Positions 46,732-55,794 of a stretch of 64,000 bases of DNA are shown here, piece after piece. A model generated the notes under the pieces. The model worked only from the letters and a program-made list of their open reading frames with translations, was not told where the DNA came from and did no database searches. Both the position numbers and the translations under genes were made by a program. Positions within the stretch are counted from its first letter, which is position 1; each line of letters starts with the position of its first letter. The DNA comes from Trueperaceae bacterium (GTDB taxonomy: Bacteria > Deinococcota > Deinococci > Deinococcales > Trueperaceae): contig OZ243913.1 of assembly GCA_965213705.1 (NCBI GenBank), positions 3,680,001-3,744,000 on the forward strand. Direction: 5' to 3'.

Positions 46732-47844
46732 GTGGATCAGAGTCAACCCGCAAAACAAAGAGGTCCGGTCAACCCACTTTTGACCGGACCCTTACGCGTT
46801 CTCGCCGCTTTAGTCGTGCCGGTCGTGGGGTTTTTTCTTCTCTGGCGCAGTTTTATTTTTATGCGCGACGCCGACGCGCCGATGGCGCTCATCGCCGTCG
46901 TGGCGCTCGTGGTCGGGATTTTCGGCATCTGGTTTTTGTACTGGGCGTCGAACAACTTAGTCGAGCGGTTCCCGATAAGGGTGCGAGACGCGCTCAGACC
47001 CTATGTTTTTGTCGGTCCGGCGATGGTGATATTGAGCATCTACCTCGTCTACCCGGCGCTGGACACCTTCCGGCGCAGCGTGATGAACCGCAACTCGACG
47101 ACGTTCGTCGGCCTGGACAACTTCATTTATATTTTCACCGACCCCAGTATGCGGCAGGTCTTGATCAACAACCTCTTGTGGATTGTCCTGGTGACGGGGG
47201 CGTCGGTCAGCGTCGGTTTGCTCATCGCGCTGCTCGTCGACCGCATCGGCTGGGCGGAACCCATCGCCAAGTCGCTCATCTTTTTGCCGATGGCGATTTC
47301 GGCGGTGGGGGCGTCGGTCATTTGGAAGTTCATGTACGCCAAGCAGACCAACCCGAACCTGCCTGAAATTGGTTTCGTCAACGCCATCATCGAGGGGGTC
47401 GGCGGCACCGGCCTCGACTTCGTTCGCACCTTTCCCATCAACAACTTCGCGTTTATGTTCATCATGTTTTGGATGATCACCGGGTTTTGCATGGTGATTC
47501 TGTCTTCGGCCATCAAAGGTGTACCGTCCGAGCTGATGGAAGCCGGACGCATCGACGGGGCCAACGAGTACACGGTCTTTTTCAGGATAATCATTCCGTT
47601 TATCGGCCCAACCATTCTCACCGTGACCACGACGGTGCTCATCATGGTGTTGAAAGTCTTCGACATCGTCTACGTCTTTGGCGGTCAGCTGTTCGGTGCG
47701 GACGTGCTCGCCAACCGCATGTTCCGCGAGATGTTCACCAACGCCAACTACGGCCTCGGTAGCGCGCTGGCGACGCTGCTCTTGATAGCCGTGCTGCCGG
47801 TCATCTTCTGGAACTTGCACGAACTTCGAAAGACGGCGAGGTAG
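46732..47844 (+). CDS. Carbohydrate ABC permease (MalF/AglF-like)
   Basis: FVGLDNF, FLPMAIS, EAGRIDGA EAA loop, KVFDIV. Confidence 0.93.
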   Translation: MDQSQPAKQRGPVNPLLTGPLRVLAALVVPVVGFFLLWRSFIFMRDADAPMALIAVVALVVGIFGIWFLYWASNNLVERFPIRVRDALRPYVFVGPAMVILSIYLVYPALDTFRRSVMNRNSTTFVGLDNFIYIFTDPSMRQVLINNLLWIVLVTGASVSVGLLIALLVDRIGWAEPIAKSLIFLPMAISAVGASVIWKFMYAKQTNPNLPEIGFVNAIIEGVGGTGLDFVRTFPINNFAFMFIMFWMITGFCMVILSSAIKGVPSELMEAGRIDGANEYTVFFRIIIPFIGPTILTVTTTVLIMVLKVFDIVYVFGGQLFGADVLANRMFREMFTNANYGLGSALATLLLIAVLPVIFWNLHELRKTAR

Positions 47845-47847
47845 AGC

Positions 47848-49014
47848 GTGACATTCGACGCTAGGAAAGCCCTGGTCCGCAGTCCCTTGTTCATCATCGT
47901 CGCGCTGATTTGCATCTTTTGGTCGATTCCGACCTTCGGGGTGCTGCTCAGTTCGTTCCGCAGCGAACAGGACATCAACGAAACCGGCTGGTGGTCTGTT
48001 TTCAGTCTGCAGCGCGAAAACCCGGTCTACGCCGAACTGACCCGTGACCTAGAAGACCGGCAGCGCGCCGTCGACAGCGCCCAAAGCCAGCTTGGGGCGC
48101 GGCAAGAGGTGCTCGTCGCCGCCCAAGCCGACCTACAAGCGGCGCAGGCGGCAGGTGACGCGGCCGCCGTCAGCACCGCCGAAGCCGCCCTCGCCGAAGC
48201 TCAGGAAAGTGTCGACAGCACGCAGACCCGGCTGATACGTTTGCAGGGTCGCTTGGAGGAGGTCGAGGCGACTTTGGCCTCGAGCGAAGTCCCCCGAACG
48301 ATTCGTTTCGGCTCGAGAGAGTGGCGAGAACAGTGGACGCTTGACAACTACCGCGCCGTGCTGCAGACCGAAAACATGGGTCGGGCCTTTATCAACAGTT
48401 TGCTCGTCACCATCCCCGCCGTGGTCATTCCCATCACCATCGCGGCGTTCGCCGCTTACGCTTTCGCCTGGTTGAGGTTCCCGTTTCGAAACCTCTTTTT
48501 CGCCATCGTCGTCATTCTCATGGTCGTGCCCCTGCACGTGGCCCTCATTCCCATCTTGCGAATTTACTTAGACCTGGACTTAAACGGCACTTACTTGGGC
48601 ATCTGGCTCGCCCATACCGGCTTCGGGATGCCGCTCGCCATCTACTTGCTGTACGGCTACATCTCGACGATTCCCAGCGAGATTATCGAGTCGGCGGAAG
48701 TGGACGGCGCGTCGCCTTTCACCTCGTTCTCGAGACTCGTCCTGCCCCTGTCGGTTCCGGCCATCGCCTCGTTCGCCATCTTCCAATTTTTGTGGGTATG
48801 GAACGACCTGTTGGTCGCCCTGACTTTCCTCGGCACCAAGATAGAAAACCGCGTGGTGACGCGCGAGTTGGCCGAGCTGGTCGGGTCCAAGGGCCAGGAT
48901 TGGGAACTCCTTACCGCGGGCGCGTTCATCAGCATGATCATTCCGCTCATCATCTTTTTCGCGCTGCAACGTTACTTCGTGCGCGGCATGATGGCGGGGT
49001 CGGTCAAGGGCTGA
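47848..49014 (+). CDS. Carbohydrate ABC permease (MalG/AglG-like) with coiled-coil insertion
   Basis: TLDNY, AAYAFAW, ESAEVDGA, QFLWVWNDLL, QRYFVRG. Confidence 0.93.
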   Translation: MTFDARKALVRSPLFIIVALICIFWSIPTFGVLLSSFRSEQDINETGWWSVFSLQRENPVYAELTRDLEDRQRAVDSAQSQLGARQEVLVAAQADLQAAQAAGDAAAVSTAEAALAEAQESVDSTQTRLIRLQGRLEEVEATLASSEVPRTIRFGSREWREQWTLDNYRAVLQTENMGRAFINSLLVTIPAVVIPITIAAFAAYAFAWLRFPFRNLFFAIVVILMVVPLHVALIPILRIYLDLDLNGTYLGIWLAHTGFGMPLAIYLLYGYISTIPSEIIESAEVDGASPFTSFSRLVLPLSVPAIASFAIFQFLWVWNDLLVALTFLGTKIENRVVTRELAELVGSKGQDWELLTAGAFISMIIPLIIFFALQRYFVRGMMAGSVKG

Positions 49015-49029
49015 ACCGCTCCTCCGCTC

Positions 49030-49069
49030 AAAAAAACACCGCTTGGCTTTGGCCCAAGCGGTGTTTTTT
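49030..49069. terminator. Rho-independent terminator (bidirectional)
   Basis: AAAAAACACCGCTTGG...CCAAGCGGTGTTTTTT. Confidence 0.88.
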
Positions 49070-49161
49070 ACTGAGACCTCGTTTATTAAGGCCTCGAGCA
49101 CCCCGGCTGCGGTAATACCTCACTTCCGTAACCACTGCCACATTGTTATACTTCAAAAATT

Positions 49162-50028
49162 GTGACTGTTTTCCCGGCCGACCCCACAACGTCCCACCAA
49201 CCAGAACTGCGCCCTTTAGGCACAATTTCACTCAGCGGCATTTTCAGTTATCCTATCAAGTCGGCGGCGGGCGTGACTTGGACCTCGGCCGAGGTCGGTG
49301 TGCGCGGGCTCGAGCACGACCGCCGTTTTATGGTCGTGGACATTTCCGGCAAGCTCGTCACCCAACGCACCGCGCCCCGCCTGGCCGGTGTTCAAACCGA
49401 CAGGACGAGCACCCACCTTCACGTGACCGCGACCGACATGCCCAAGCTCACCGTGCCCATCAAAGAAACCTATGGCCCCGCCTGGGGCGTGCGTTTGTGG
49501 GGCGACGCGATGGCGGCGGAAACGGTCGGTGCAGAGGCTTCGGCGTGGTTCAGCCGCTACCTGGGGGGCGACTACCACCTTGTGTTTATGCCGGACACGA
49601 CCTTTCGCCCGATGAGCCCTGAATTTCCCGAGACGGCGTTGAGCTTTGTCGACGGCAACCCGTTTCACCTGGTCTCAGAGGCGTCGCTGGAAGACCTCAA
49701 CCGCCGTTTGGACACACCCGTGCCGATGGACCGTTTTCGGCCCAACCTCGTCGTCAGCGGCTGCGCGGCTTACGAGGAAGATACTTGGAAGGTGGTGCGC
49801 GTCGGGCCGCTGTTGCTTCACAGTGCCGGACCCACCGCGCGCTGCATGATGATTGGCGTAAACCAGCAAAACGCCGAATGGCACAAAGAACCGCTCAAAA
49901 CGCTCGCCTCCTACCGCCGCGTGGGCCGCGAAGTCCACTTCGGACAGCACTTTGTCCACAGCTTCGCCGCGAACGAGGAGCGTTGTTTACGGCGCGGCGA
50001 CCGGGTCGAGGTGCTGGAGCGGCGCTGA
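49162..50028 (+). CDS. MOSC domain protein (YcbX/mARC-like)
   Basis: YPIKS, DRRFMVVD, FVDGNP, RFRPNLVV, ED.W, RC. Confidence 0.92.
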   Translation: MTVFPADPTTSHQPELRPLGTISLSGIFSYPIKSAAGVTWTSAEVGVRGLEHDRRFMVVDISGKLVTQRTAPRLAGVQTDRTSTHLHVTATDMPKLTVPIKETYGPAWGVRLWGDAMAAETVGAEASAWFSRYLGGDYHLVFMPDTTFRPMSPEFPETALSFVDGNPFHLVSEASLEDLNRRLDTPVPMDRFRPNLVVSGCAAYEEDTWKVVRVGPLLLHSAGPTARCMMIGVNQQNAEWHKEPLKTLASYRRVGREVHFGQHFVHSFAANEERCLRRGDRVEVLERR

Positions 50029-50096
50029 AGCGGCCCTGGGGCGCGTTTGGAAGAGCGCTTTGCCGCTAGCCGACATTTTCGCGTCAAATGTTCGCG

Positions 50097-52073
50097 TCAA
50101 GAAGCGGCGAGAAGGCTTACCAGTTCGTCCAGCGCCTCTGGGTTCGCCAATACTTCGCGGTTGGGAACGGGGCGACCGTTGACGAGGTGTGACACCGCCA
50201 TCTCCACCGTTTTGCCGCTGCGGGTTCTGGGCAACTGCGAAACTTGAAACACGCGCCGCGGCAAATGGCGCGGACTGGCGTGCGCGCGGATGTGTGTGCG
50301 GACGCGGTCACGCAGGGCGTTGTCGAGTACCGCCCCGTCTTTCAAAACCAGGAACAGCCAAATAGTCTCGTCGCCGTTTTCCCGTTTGCCCACCGCGCAG
50401 GCGTCGACGATTTCGGGGATGGCTTCCAGCGGCCGGTACAGTTCCGCCGTGCCGATGCGCACGCCGCCGGGGTTGAGCGTCGCGTCGCTGCGTCCGTAGA
50501 CGACCACGCCTCCCTGAGGCGTGATTTCGACGAGGTCGCCGTGCCGCCACAAGCCCGGATACTGCTCGAAGTACGCGCCCAGGTACCGTTCGAAGTCGGG
50601 GTCGTTCAAAAACTTCAGCGGCATCGAGGGCAGCGGCTGACGGCACACGAGTTCGCCGGGCTCACCGACCACGCTCTCCCCCGTTTCCGAGAGCGCGACG
50701 AGGTCGACACCCAACGCCGGGCCTTGGATTTGCCCCACGTAAACCGGTTCCGTCGGCACGCCGAGCATAAAGCAGCCGACAATGTCGGTCCCGCCCGAAA
50801 TGCTGGCGAGGTGGACATCTTCTTTAATCTCGTCATAAACGTACTCGAAGCCGCTCGGCGCCAGCGGCGAGCCGGTCGAGGCGACGGTGCGGAGGGCGCT
50901 CGAGTCGGCAATCTTTTTGGGCGACAGGGCCGCGCCGTGCAACGTGTGCAGGTAGCGCGCGCTCGTGCCGAAAAAGGTGACGCCGTGCTTTTCAGCCATG
51001 CGCCACAGCACGTCCAGGTCGGGATACCCCGGCGAGCCTTCGAACTGCACGACCGCCGCGCCCTGGGCCAGCGCCGAGACGAGCCAGTTCCACATCATCC
51101 AGCCACAGGTCGAAAAGTAAAACACGCGGTCGCCCGGTTTTATATCGCAGTGCAAGCGTTGTTCCGAATGATGTTTGAGGAGTGCGCCGCCCGCGCGGTG
51201 AACCATCGCTTTGGGCAAACCCGTCGTGCCCGACGAGAAAAGGATGTAAAGCGGATGGTCGAAGGGAAGCTGTTCGAATGCTAGGGGGGCGGGGGGCTCG
51301 AGCCACTCCTGCCACACTGCGAAGCTAGACCCCCCCCGGCCCCCCCTCAAAGGGGGGGAGAGCGGCGGGGTGGGGGGGTCTCCCGGGTACGGCAATAGGA
51401 CAACCCGCTCCAAACTTCCCATCCCCTCGGTCAGCTTTTGTACCGTCTCCAGGGTTTCGAAGCGTTTGCCGCCGTAATAGTAAAACGGCGAGGCGAACAG
51501 CAGCTTCGGCTCGACTTGCCCGAAGCGCGAAGCGGCCGCGTCCAGGCCGAAGTCCGGCGAGCAACTGCTGAAGACCGCGCCGAGAGAAGCGCAGGCCAAC
51601 AGCAACACGACCGTCTCGGGCGTGTTCGTCGCGAAGGCGGCAACCCGGTCGCCCACGCCGACGCCCTCGCGTTTCAGCGCGGCGGCGCAACGGCCGGTTT
51701 CGGCGCGCAACTCGGCGTAGCTCAACGTTCGCTCGGCACCCGTTTCGGTTATGGCGATGAGGGCGGGTTGGTCGGGGGAGGCCGAGGCTTTGGGATAGAG
51801 AAGCTGCTCGGCGTAGTTGAGCGTCGCGCCCTCGAACCACTTTGTAAAGGGCATGGGGTCGTCGCTCATGACGGACCCGACGGAGCCACCGAACTTAAGG
51901 CCCGCATCCTCGACATAAAACGCCCAAAACGCGGCAACGTCTTCGACCGACCAGGCGTGAAGGTCGGCGTAAGTCTCAAGTTCACGGCCCAAGTGACGAC
52001 TTGCGGCTTTTTGAAAAGCGTACAAGTTGCTCGACTCGAGCCGCGCGCTCGAGGGTGTCCACAACGGTTCCAT
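50097..52073 (-). CDS. Acetoacetate-CoA ligase
   Basis: SSCSPDFG, FSSGTTGLPK, GWMMWNW, SISGGTD, GRSDATLNPGGVRIGTAE, PRTRSGK. Confidence 0.95.
   Translation of the reverse strand: MEPLWTPSSARLESSNLYAFQKAASRHLGRELETYADLHAWSVEDVAAFWAFYVEDAGLKFGGSVGSVMSDDPMPFTKWFEGATLNYAEQLLYPKASASPDQPALIAITETGAERTLSYAELRAETGRCAAALKREGVGVGDRVAAFATNTPETVVLLLACASLGAVFSSCSPDFGLDAAASRFGQVEPKLLFASPFYYYGGKRFETLETVQKLTEGMGSLERVVLLPYPGDPPTPPLSPPLRGGRGGSSFAVWQEWLEPPAPLAFEQLPFDHPLYILFSSGTTGLPKAMVHRAGGALLKHHSEQRLHCDIKPGDRVFYFSTCGWMMWNWLVSALAQGAAVVQFEGSPGYPDLDVLWRMAEKHGVTFFGTSARYLHTLHGAALSPKKIADSSALRTVASTGSPLAPSGFEYVYDEIKEDVHLASISGGTDIVGCFMLGVPTEPVYVGQIQGPALGVDLVALSETGESVVGEPGELVCRQPLPSMPLKFLNDPDFERYLGAYFEQYPGLWRHGDLVEITPQGGVVVYGRSDATLNPGGVRIGTAELYRPLEAIPEIVDACAVGKRENGDETIWLFLVLKDGAVLDNALRDRVRTHIRAHASPRHLPRRVFQVSQLPRTRSGKTVEMAVSHLVNGRPVPNREVLANPEALDELVSLLAAS
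51327..51381. repeat. Palindromic G/C-homopolymer REP-like element inside CDS
   Basis: AGACCCCCCC...GGGGGGGTCT outer arms with inner CCCCCCCT-CAA-AGGGGGGG hairpin; translated DPPTPPLSPPLRGGRGGS. Confidence 0.8.
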
Positions 52074-52203
52074 ACTTCTCCCTTAACGAACCTCTCGAAC
52101 CAGTTTACCCCGCGGCGCGTAACCGTCCTCAAAAAACCTGCCTCAAAACTCACCCGGAAGCCCGCTTACACCCGCCCAAGTCAGAACTCAGTACACTTTA
52201 CCC

Positions 52204-54006
52204 ATGTTCAGACGACGCGCTTCTACCTCCAACACAGAAGGAGAGCGCAAGCCTCCCGACCTCAAGCAGTTGCAACGGCTTTACGCTTACACCCGGCCCT
52301 ACCGGACACAGCTCGTCGTCGGCGTGCTGTCTGTGAGCATCGCCAGCGTGCTCGGTTTCGCGTTTCCGGCGCTGGCGGGGCGGCTGTTCAACACGGCCTT
52401 CGGGTCGGGGTCGTTCGCGTTTGAAAACCTCAACCAAATCGCGCTCTTGCTCATCGGAATTACGGTGCTGCAGGCGGTGTTCAACTACCTGCGCGTTTAC
52501 AACTTAGGCCTCGTCGGCGAGGGCGTGGTGGCGGACCTGCGCAAGGCGCTCTACGGGCACCTGTTGGGCTTGCCGGTGCCCTTTTTCGAAGCGCGCAAGA
52601 CGGGCGAAATTACCTCGCGGCTCACCTCGGACATCACGACGGTGCAGGGGGCGGTGTCGAACGCGCTGGCGCAGTTCATCAACCAGTCGATAACGCTAGT
52701 GGGTGGCGTGGTGTACCTGTTCATCCTGAACTTTCAGCTGTCGCTGGTGATGCTCGCGATCATCCCGGCGGTGATTTTAGCGGCGGCCTATTTCGGGCGG
52801 CGGCTGCGCAAAATCAGCACCGAGTTTCAAGACCGCGTCGCCGACGCCAACGCCGCCGCCGAGGAAGCGGTCACGGGCATCCGCGTGGTGAAGTCGTTTA
52901 CGGCGGAGGGGCTCGAGACCAGTCGCTACGGTAAACTTGTGGACGACTCGTACCAAATCGCCTTGCGGCGGGCTCGAGTGCGCGCGTTTTTCGTGCCGAC
53001 GGTCATCATGGCGATGTTTACCGGCATCGGCATCGTGCTGTGGTACGGCAGCCGCTTGGTACTGAGCGGCAGTTTGCCGGGCGGCGACCTCATCACCTTT
53101 TTGCTCTTGACCGTGTTCGTGGCGGGGTCTATCGGCAGCTTCACCGGCCTGTACAGCCAGTTGCAAGAGGCGTTGGGCGCGTCGAAGCGGATTTTCGAAC
53201 TGCTCGACACGAAGAGCGACCTGCCCGAAACCGTGACGCCTACCGCGCTGACGGGCGCTCGAGGCGAAGTGCGCTTCGACAACGTCTCGTTCCGCTACGG
53301 CGACCGCGGCGAGGAGATGGTGCTGAGTAACATCACGCTCACCGCGCGGCCCGGTGAAATCCTCGCGCTGGTGGGGCCGAGCGGGGCGGGCAAGAGCACG
53401 CTCGTCACGCTCGTCCCGCGTTTTTACGACCCTGTCGAGGGCCGGATTTTGCTGGACGGCACCGACATTCGGGATTTGGGTTTGGAAGACCTGCGCCGGC
53501 ACATCGGCATCGTCCCGCAGGAAACACAGCTTTTTTCGGGCACGGTCAAGGAGAACATCCGCTACGGCCGGCCGGGCGCGTCCGACGCGGCGGTCGAGGA
53601 AGCCGCCCAAGCCGCCAACGCGCACGAGTTCATCCTCGAGTTTCCCGACGGTTACGAGACCGTCGTGGGCGAGCGCGGCGTGAAGCTCTCGGGTGGGCAG
53701 CGGCAACGGGTGGCGATTGCGCGGGCGCTGCTCAAAAACCCACGCATCCTCATTTTGGACGAGGCGACGAGTTCGTTAGACAGCGAGTCCGAGGCGCTGG
53801 TCCAAGCCGCGCTGGAAACCCTGATGGTCGGCCGTACGACCTTTGTGATTGCGCACCGGTTGTCCACAGTCCGCAACGCCGACCGGATTTTGGTCCTGAG
53901 CGACGGGCGCATTCTCCAGCAGGGCACGCACGACGAGCTTATGCGCTCGGGCGGGCTCTACCGCGACCTGTACGAGCGGCAGTTTCGGGTAGAGGTCGGG
54001 GCTTGA
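52204..54006 (+). CDS. ABC exporter, fused permease/ATPase (MsbA-like)
   Basis: TMD plus GPSGAGKST, VGERGVKLSGGQRQR, DEATSSLD, IAHRLST. Confidence 0.95.
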   Translation: MFRRRASTSNTEGERKPPDLKQLQRLYAYTRPYRTQLVVGVLSVSIASVLGFAFPALAGRLFNTAFGSGSFAFENLNQIALLLIGITVLQAVFNYLRVYNLGLVGEGVVADLRKALYGHLLGLPVPFFEARKTGEITSRLTSDITTVQGAVSNALAQFINQSITLVGGVVYLFILNFQLSLVMLAIIPAVILAAAYFGRRLRKISTEFQDRVADANAAAEEAVTGIRVVKSFTAEGLETSRYGKLVDDSYQIALRRARVRAFFVPTVIMAMFTGIGIVLWYGSRLVLSGSLPGGDLITFLLLTVFVAGSIGSFTGLYSQLQEALGASKRIFELLDTKSDLPETVTPTALTGARGEVRFDNVSFRYGDRGEEMVLSNITLTARPGEILALVGPSGAGKSTLVTLVPRFYDPVEGRILLDGTDIRDLGLEDLRRHIGIVPQETQLFSGTVKENIRYGRPGASDAAVEEAAQAANAHEFILEFPDGYETVVGERGVKLSGGQRQRVAIARALLKNPRILILDEATSSLDSESEALVQAALETLMVGRTTFVIAHRLSTVRNADRILVLSDGRILQQGTHDELMRSGGLYRDLYERQFRVEVGA

Positions 54007-54217
54007 GAACGGCGGCGTTGCTGTAAAACAGAGTTTCAGCTAAGCCGAGTAGGGCGCGTGGCTCCCTCTTCGAGAATTCGGCGAGACCGCTGCCAAAATC
54101 TTAGGTCGACTCGTACCGAGACCCCCTCCCCAGAACCGGCTCCGTCTCGGCACTGCCACCAAGGCTTGCGTTACTTTTCACGCGAGTCGCGCCGGGCTGT
54201 TGAGGTATCCTTGCCCG

Positions 54218-55564
54218 ATGAACGTCATCATTATCGGCGGAGGCGAAATCGGCGCGCAGATTGCCGAGGCGCTGCACCGCACCCACAGCGTGACCGTGAT
54301 AGACGCAGACGCCGAACGCGAAGCCATGTTCGAGTCGATGGACGTGCGCTTTGTCCGCGGCGACGGGGCCGACCCCGAGGACTTGCGCGCGGCCGGAGCG
54401 GCCAAGGCGGACGGCTTCGTCGCTTGTACGACCAACGACGACGTCAACGTGCTCGCCTGTTTGGCTGCCAAAGGCTTGGGCGCGAAAAATACGATGGCCT
54501 TCGTTACCCGCCAGCGCTATTTGGACGCCTTTACCCAGCGCGGCGCGATGGCGTCCATCGGCCTCGCCATCGACCGGGTGGTGTGGCCGCAGCGTGTGCT
54601 AGCCGAACAGATTGTCAACATCATCCGGGTGCCGCGGGCCTTGAGCAGCAGTTTCTTCGCCGAGGGCCGCATCAAACTGTTGGAGTACAAGCTGGAAGAC
54701 GGCGACCCCTTTTTGGGCAAACCCTTGACCGAGTTGGAGCTGCCCAAAAGCACGCTGCTCGTCGGCTCGATTCGGGGTGACAGCTTTATCGTGCCGTCGG
54801 GAAAAACGGTGCTTTGCCCAGGCGACAAGGTGGTTTTTATGGGCACCTCGCAGAGTATGCACGCGCTCGAGGGCAGGTTCGCCCCGCACAAACGCGTGCG
54901 CAACGTAGTCGTCATCGGGGGCGGCAACGTCGGTTTTATGGTGGCGCAATACCTGCACCAAGACCGCATCAACCTCACCATCATCGAACAGAGCGAGGAG
55001 CGCTGCGAGAAGCTGGCGCAGTGGCTGCCGCGCACCCTCGTTCTGCACGGCGACGGCAGCGACTTGGAACTGCTTGAGCAAGAGCGCATCGAAGACGCGG
55101 ACGCGCTCGTCGCAGTCACCGACGACGACGGCAAAAATTTAATCGTGTCGCTGCTCGGCAAAACCCTGAGCATTCCCAAAATCATCACCCGGGTCGGGCG
55201 GGCGCGCAACCGCGCACTTTTCGAGCGCGTCGGCATCGACATTTCCCTGACGCCGCAGACGGCCGCCGTGCAAGAGGTGCTCAACTGGCTCAAACTCGAC
55301 GAGGTCGACCACTTAGCGAGCATCGAGGGGCGCGCTGAGGTCATGGAAGTCACTTACCCCAAGGGTTGCGAAACGGGTCGCCTGCGCGACTTGGGCGCCC
55401 CGCCCGAGAGCCTTATCGGGGCTATCCTGCGCGCCGACAAAGTCATCATTCCGAGCGGCGACACGGTCTTGCACCACGGCGACCACCTGTTCGTCGTGAC
55501 GACCCCCGACAACGTACCCGCGGTGGAGCGCTGGCTCGAGCGGCACAAAACCGCCTACGCTTAA
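54218..55564 (+). CDS. trkA: Trk potassium uptake NAD-binding subunit
   Basis: Two RCK-N (IIGGGEIG, VIGGGNVG) and two RCK-C domains; TATCCT-N6-ATG. Confidence 0.94.
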   Translation: MNVIIIGGGEIGAQIAEALHRTHSVTVIDADAEREAMFESMDVRFVRGDGADPEDLRAAGAAKADGFVACTTNDDVNVLACLAAKGLGAKNTMAFVTRQRYLDAFTQRGAMASIGLAIDRVVWPQRVLAEQIVNIIRVPRALSSSFFAEGRIKLLEYKLEDGDPFLGKPLTELELPKSTLLVGSIRGDSFIVPSGKTVLCPGDKVVFMGTSQSMHALEGRFAPHKRVRNVVVIGGGNVGFMVAQYLHQDRINLTIIEQSEERCEKLAQWLPRTLVLHGDGSDLELLEQERIEDADALVAVTDDDGKNLIVSLLGKTLSIPKIITRVGRARNRALFERVGIDISLTPQTAAVQEVLNWLKLDEVDHLASIEGRAEVMEVTYPKGCETGRLRDLGAPPESLIGAILRADKVIIPSGDTVLHHGDHLFVVTTPDNVPAVERWLERHKTAYA

Positions 55565-55794
55565 AAACAACAAGTTCGGGGGTCGTCGTTCGCTTTTGGC
55601 TTGTAAGGTTGTTGCTTGCAGGGTCGTTTTCGTACGGGTGGGTGCCGGGAAAGAGCTTGGGAACTACGGAGTACGGAAAAAAACGACTCGGGTGTCCTGT
55701 GTACCGTAACCTACTTTTTGCGCGCTCTCGCTACGGTGCTGCACAAAAAATAGCTACCGCCCGCTCGGCGTGACAGGTTAAGCTGGCGAGCGTT

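Noticed and set aside
54030..54056. c-di-AMP (ydaO) riboswitch upstream of trkA, suggested by TCAGCTAA
   Set aside because: The 5' conserved elements are missing and would fall inside the upstream CDS; trkA appears leaderless.
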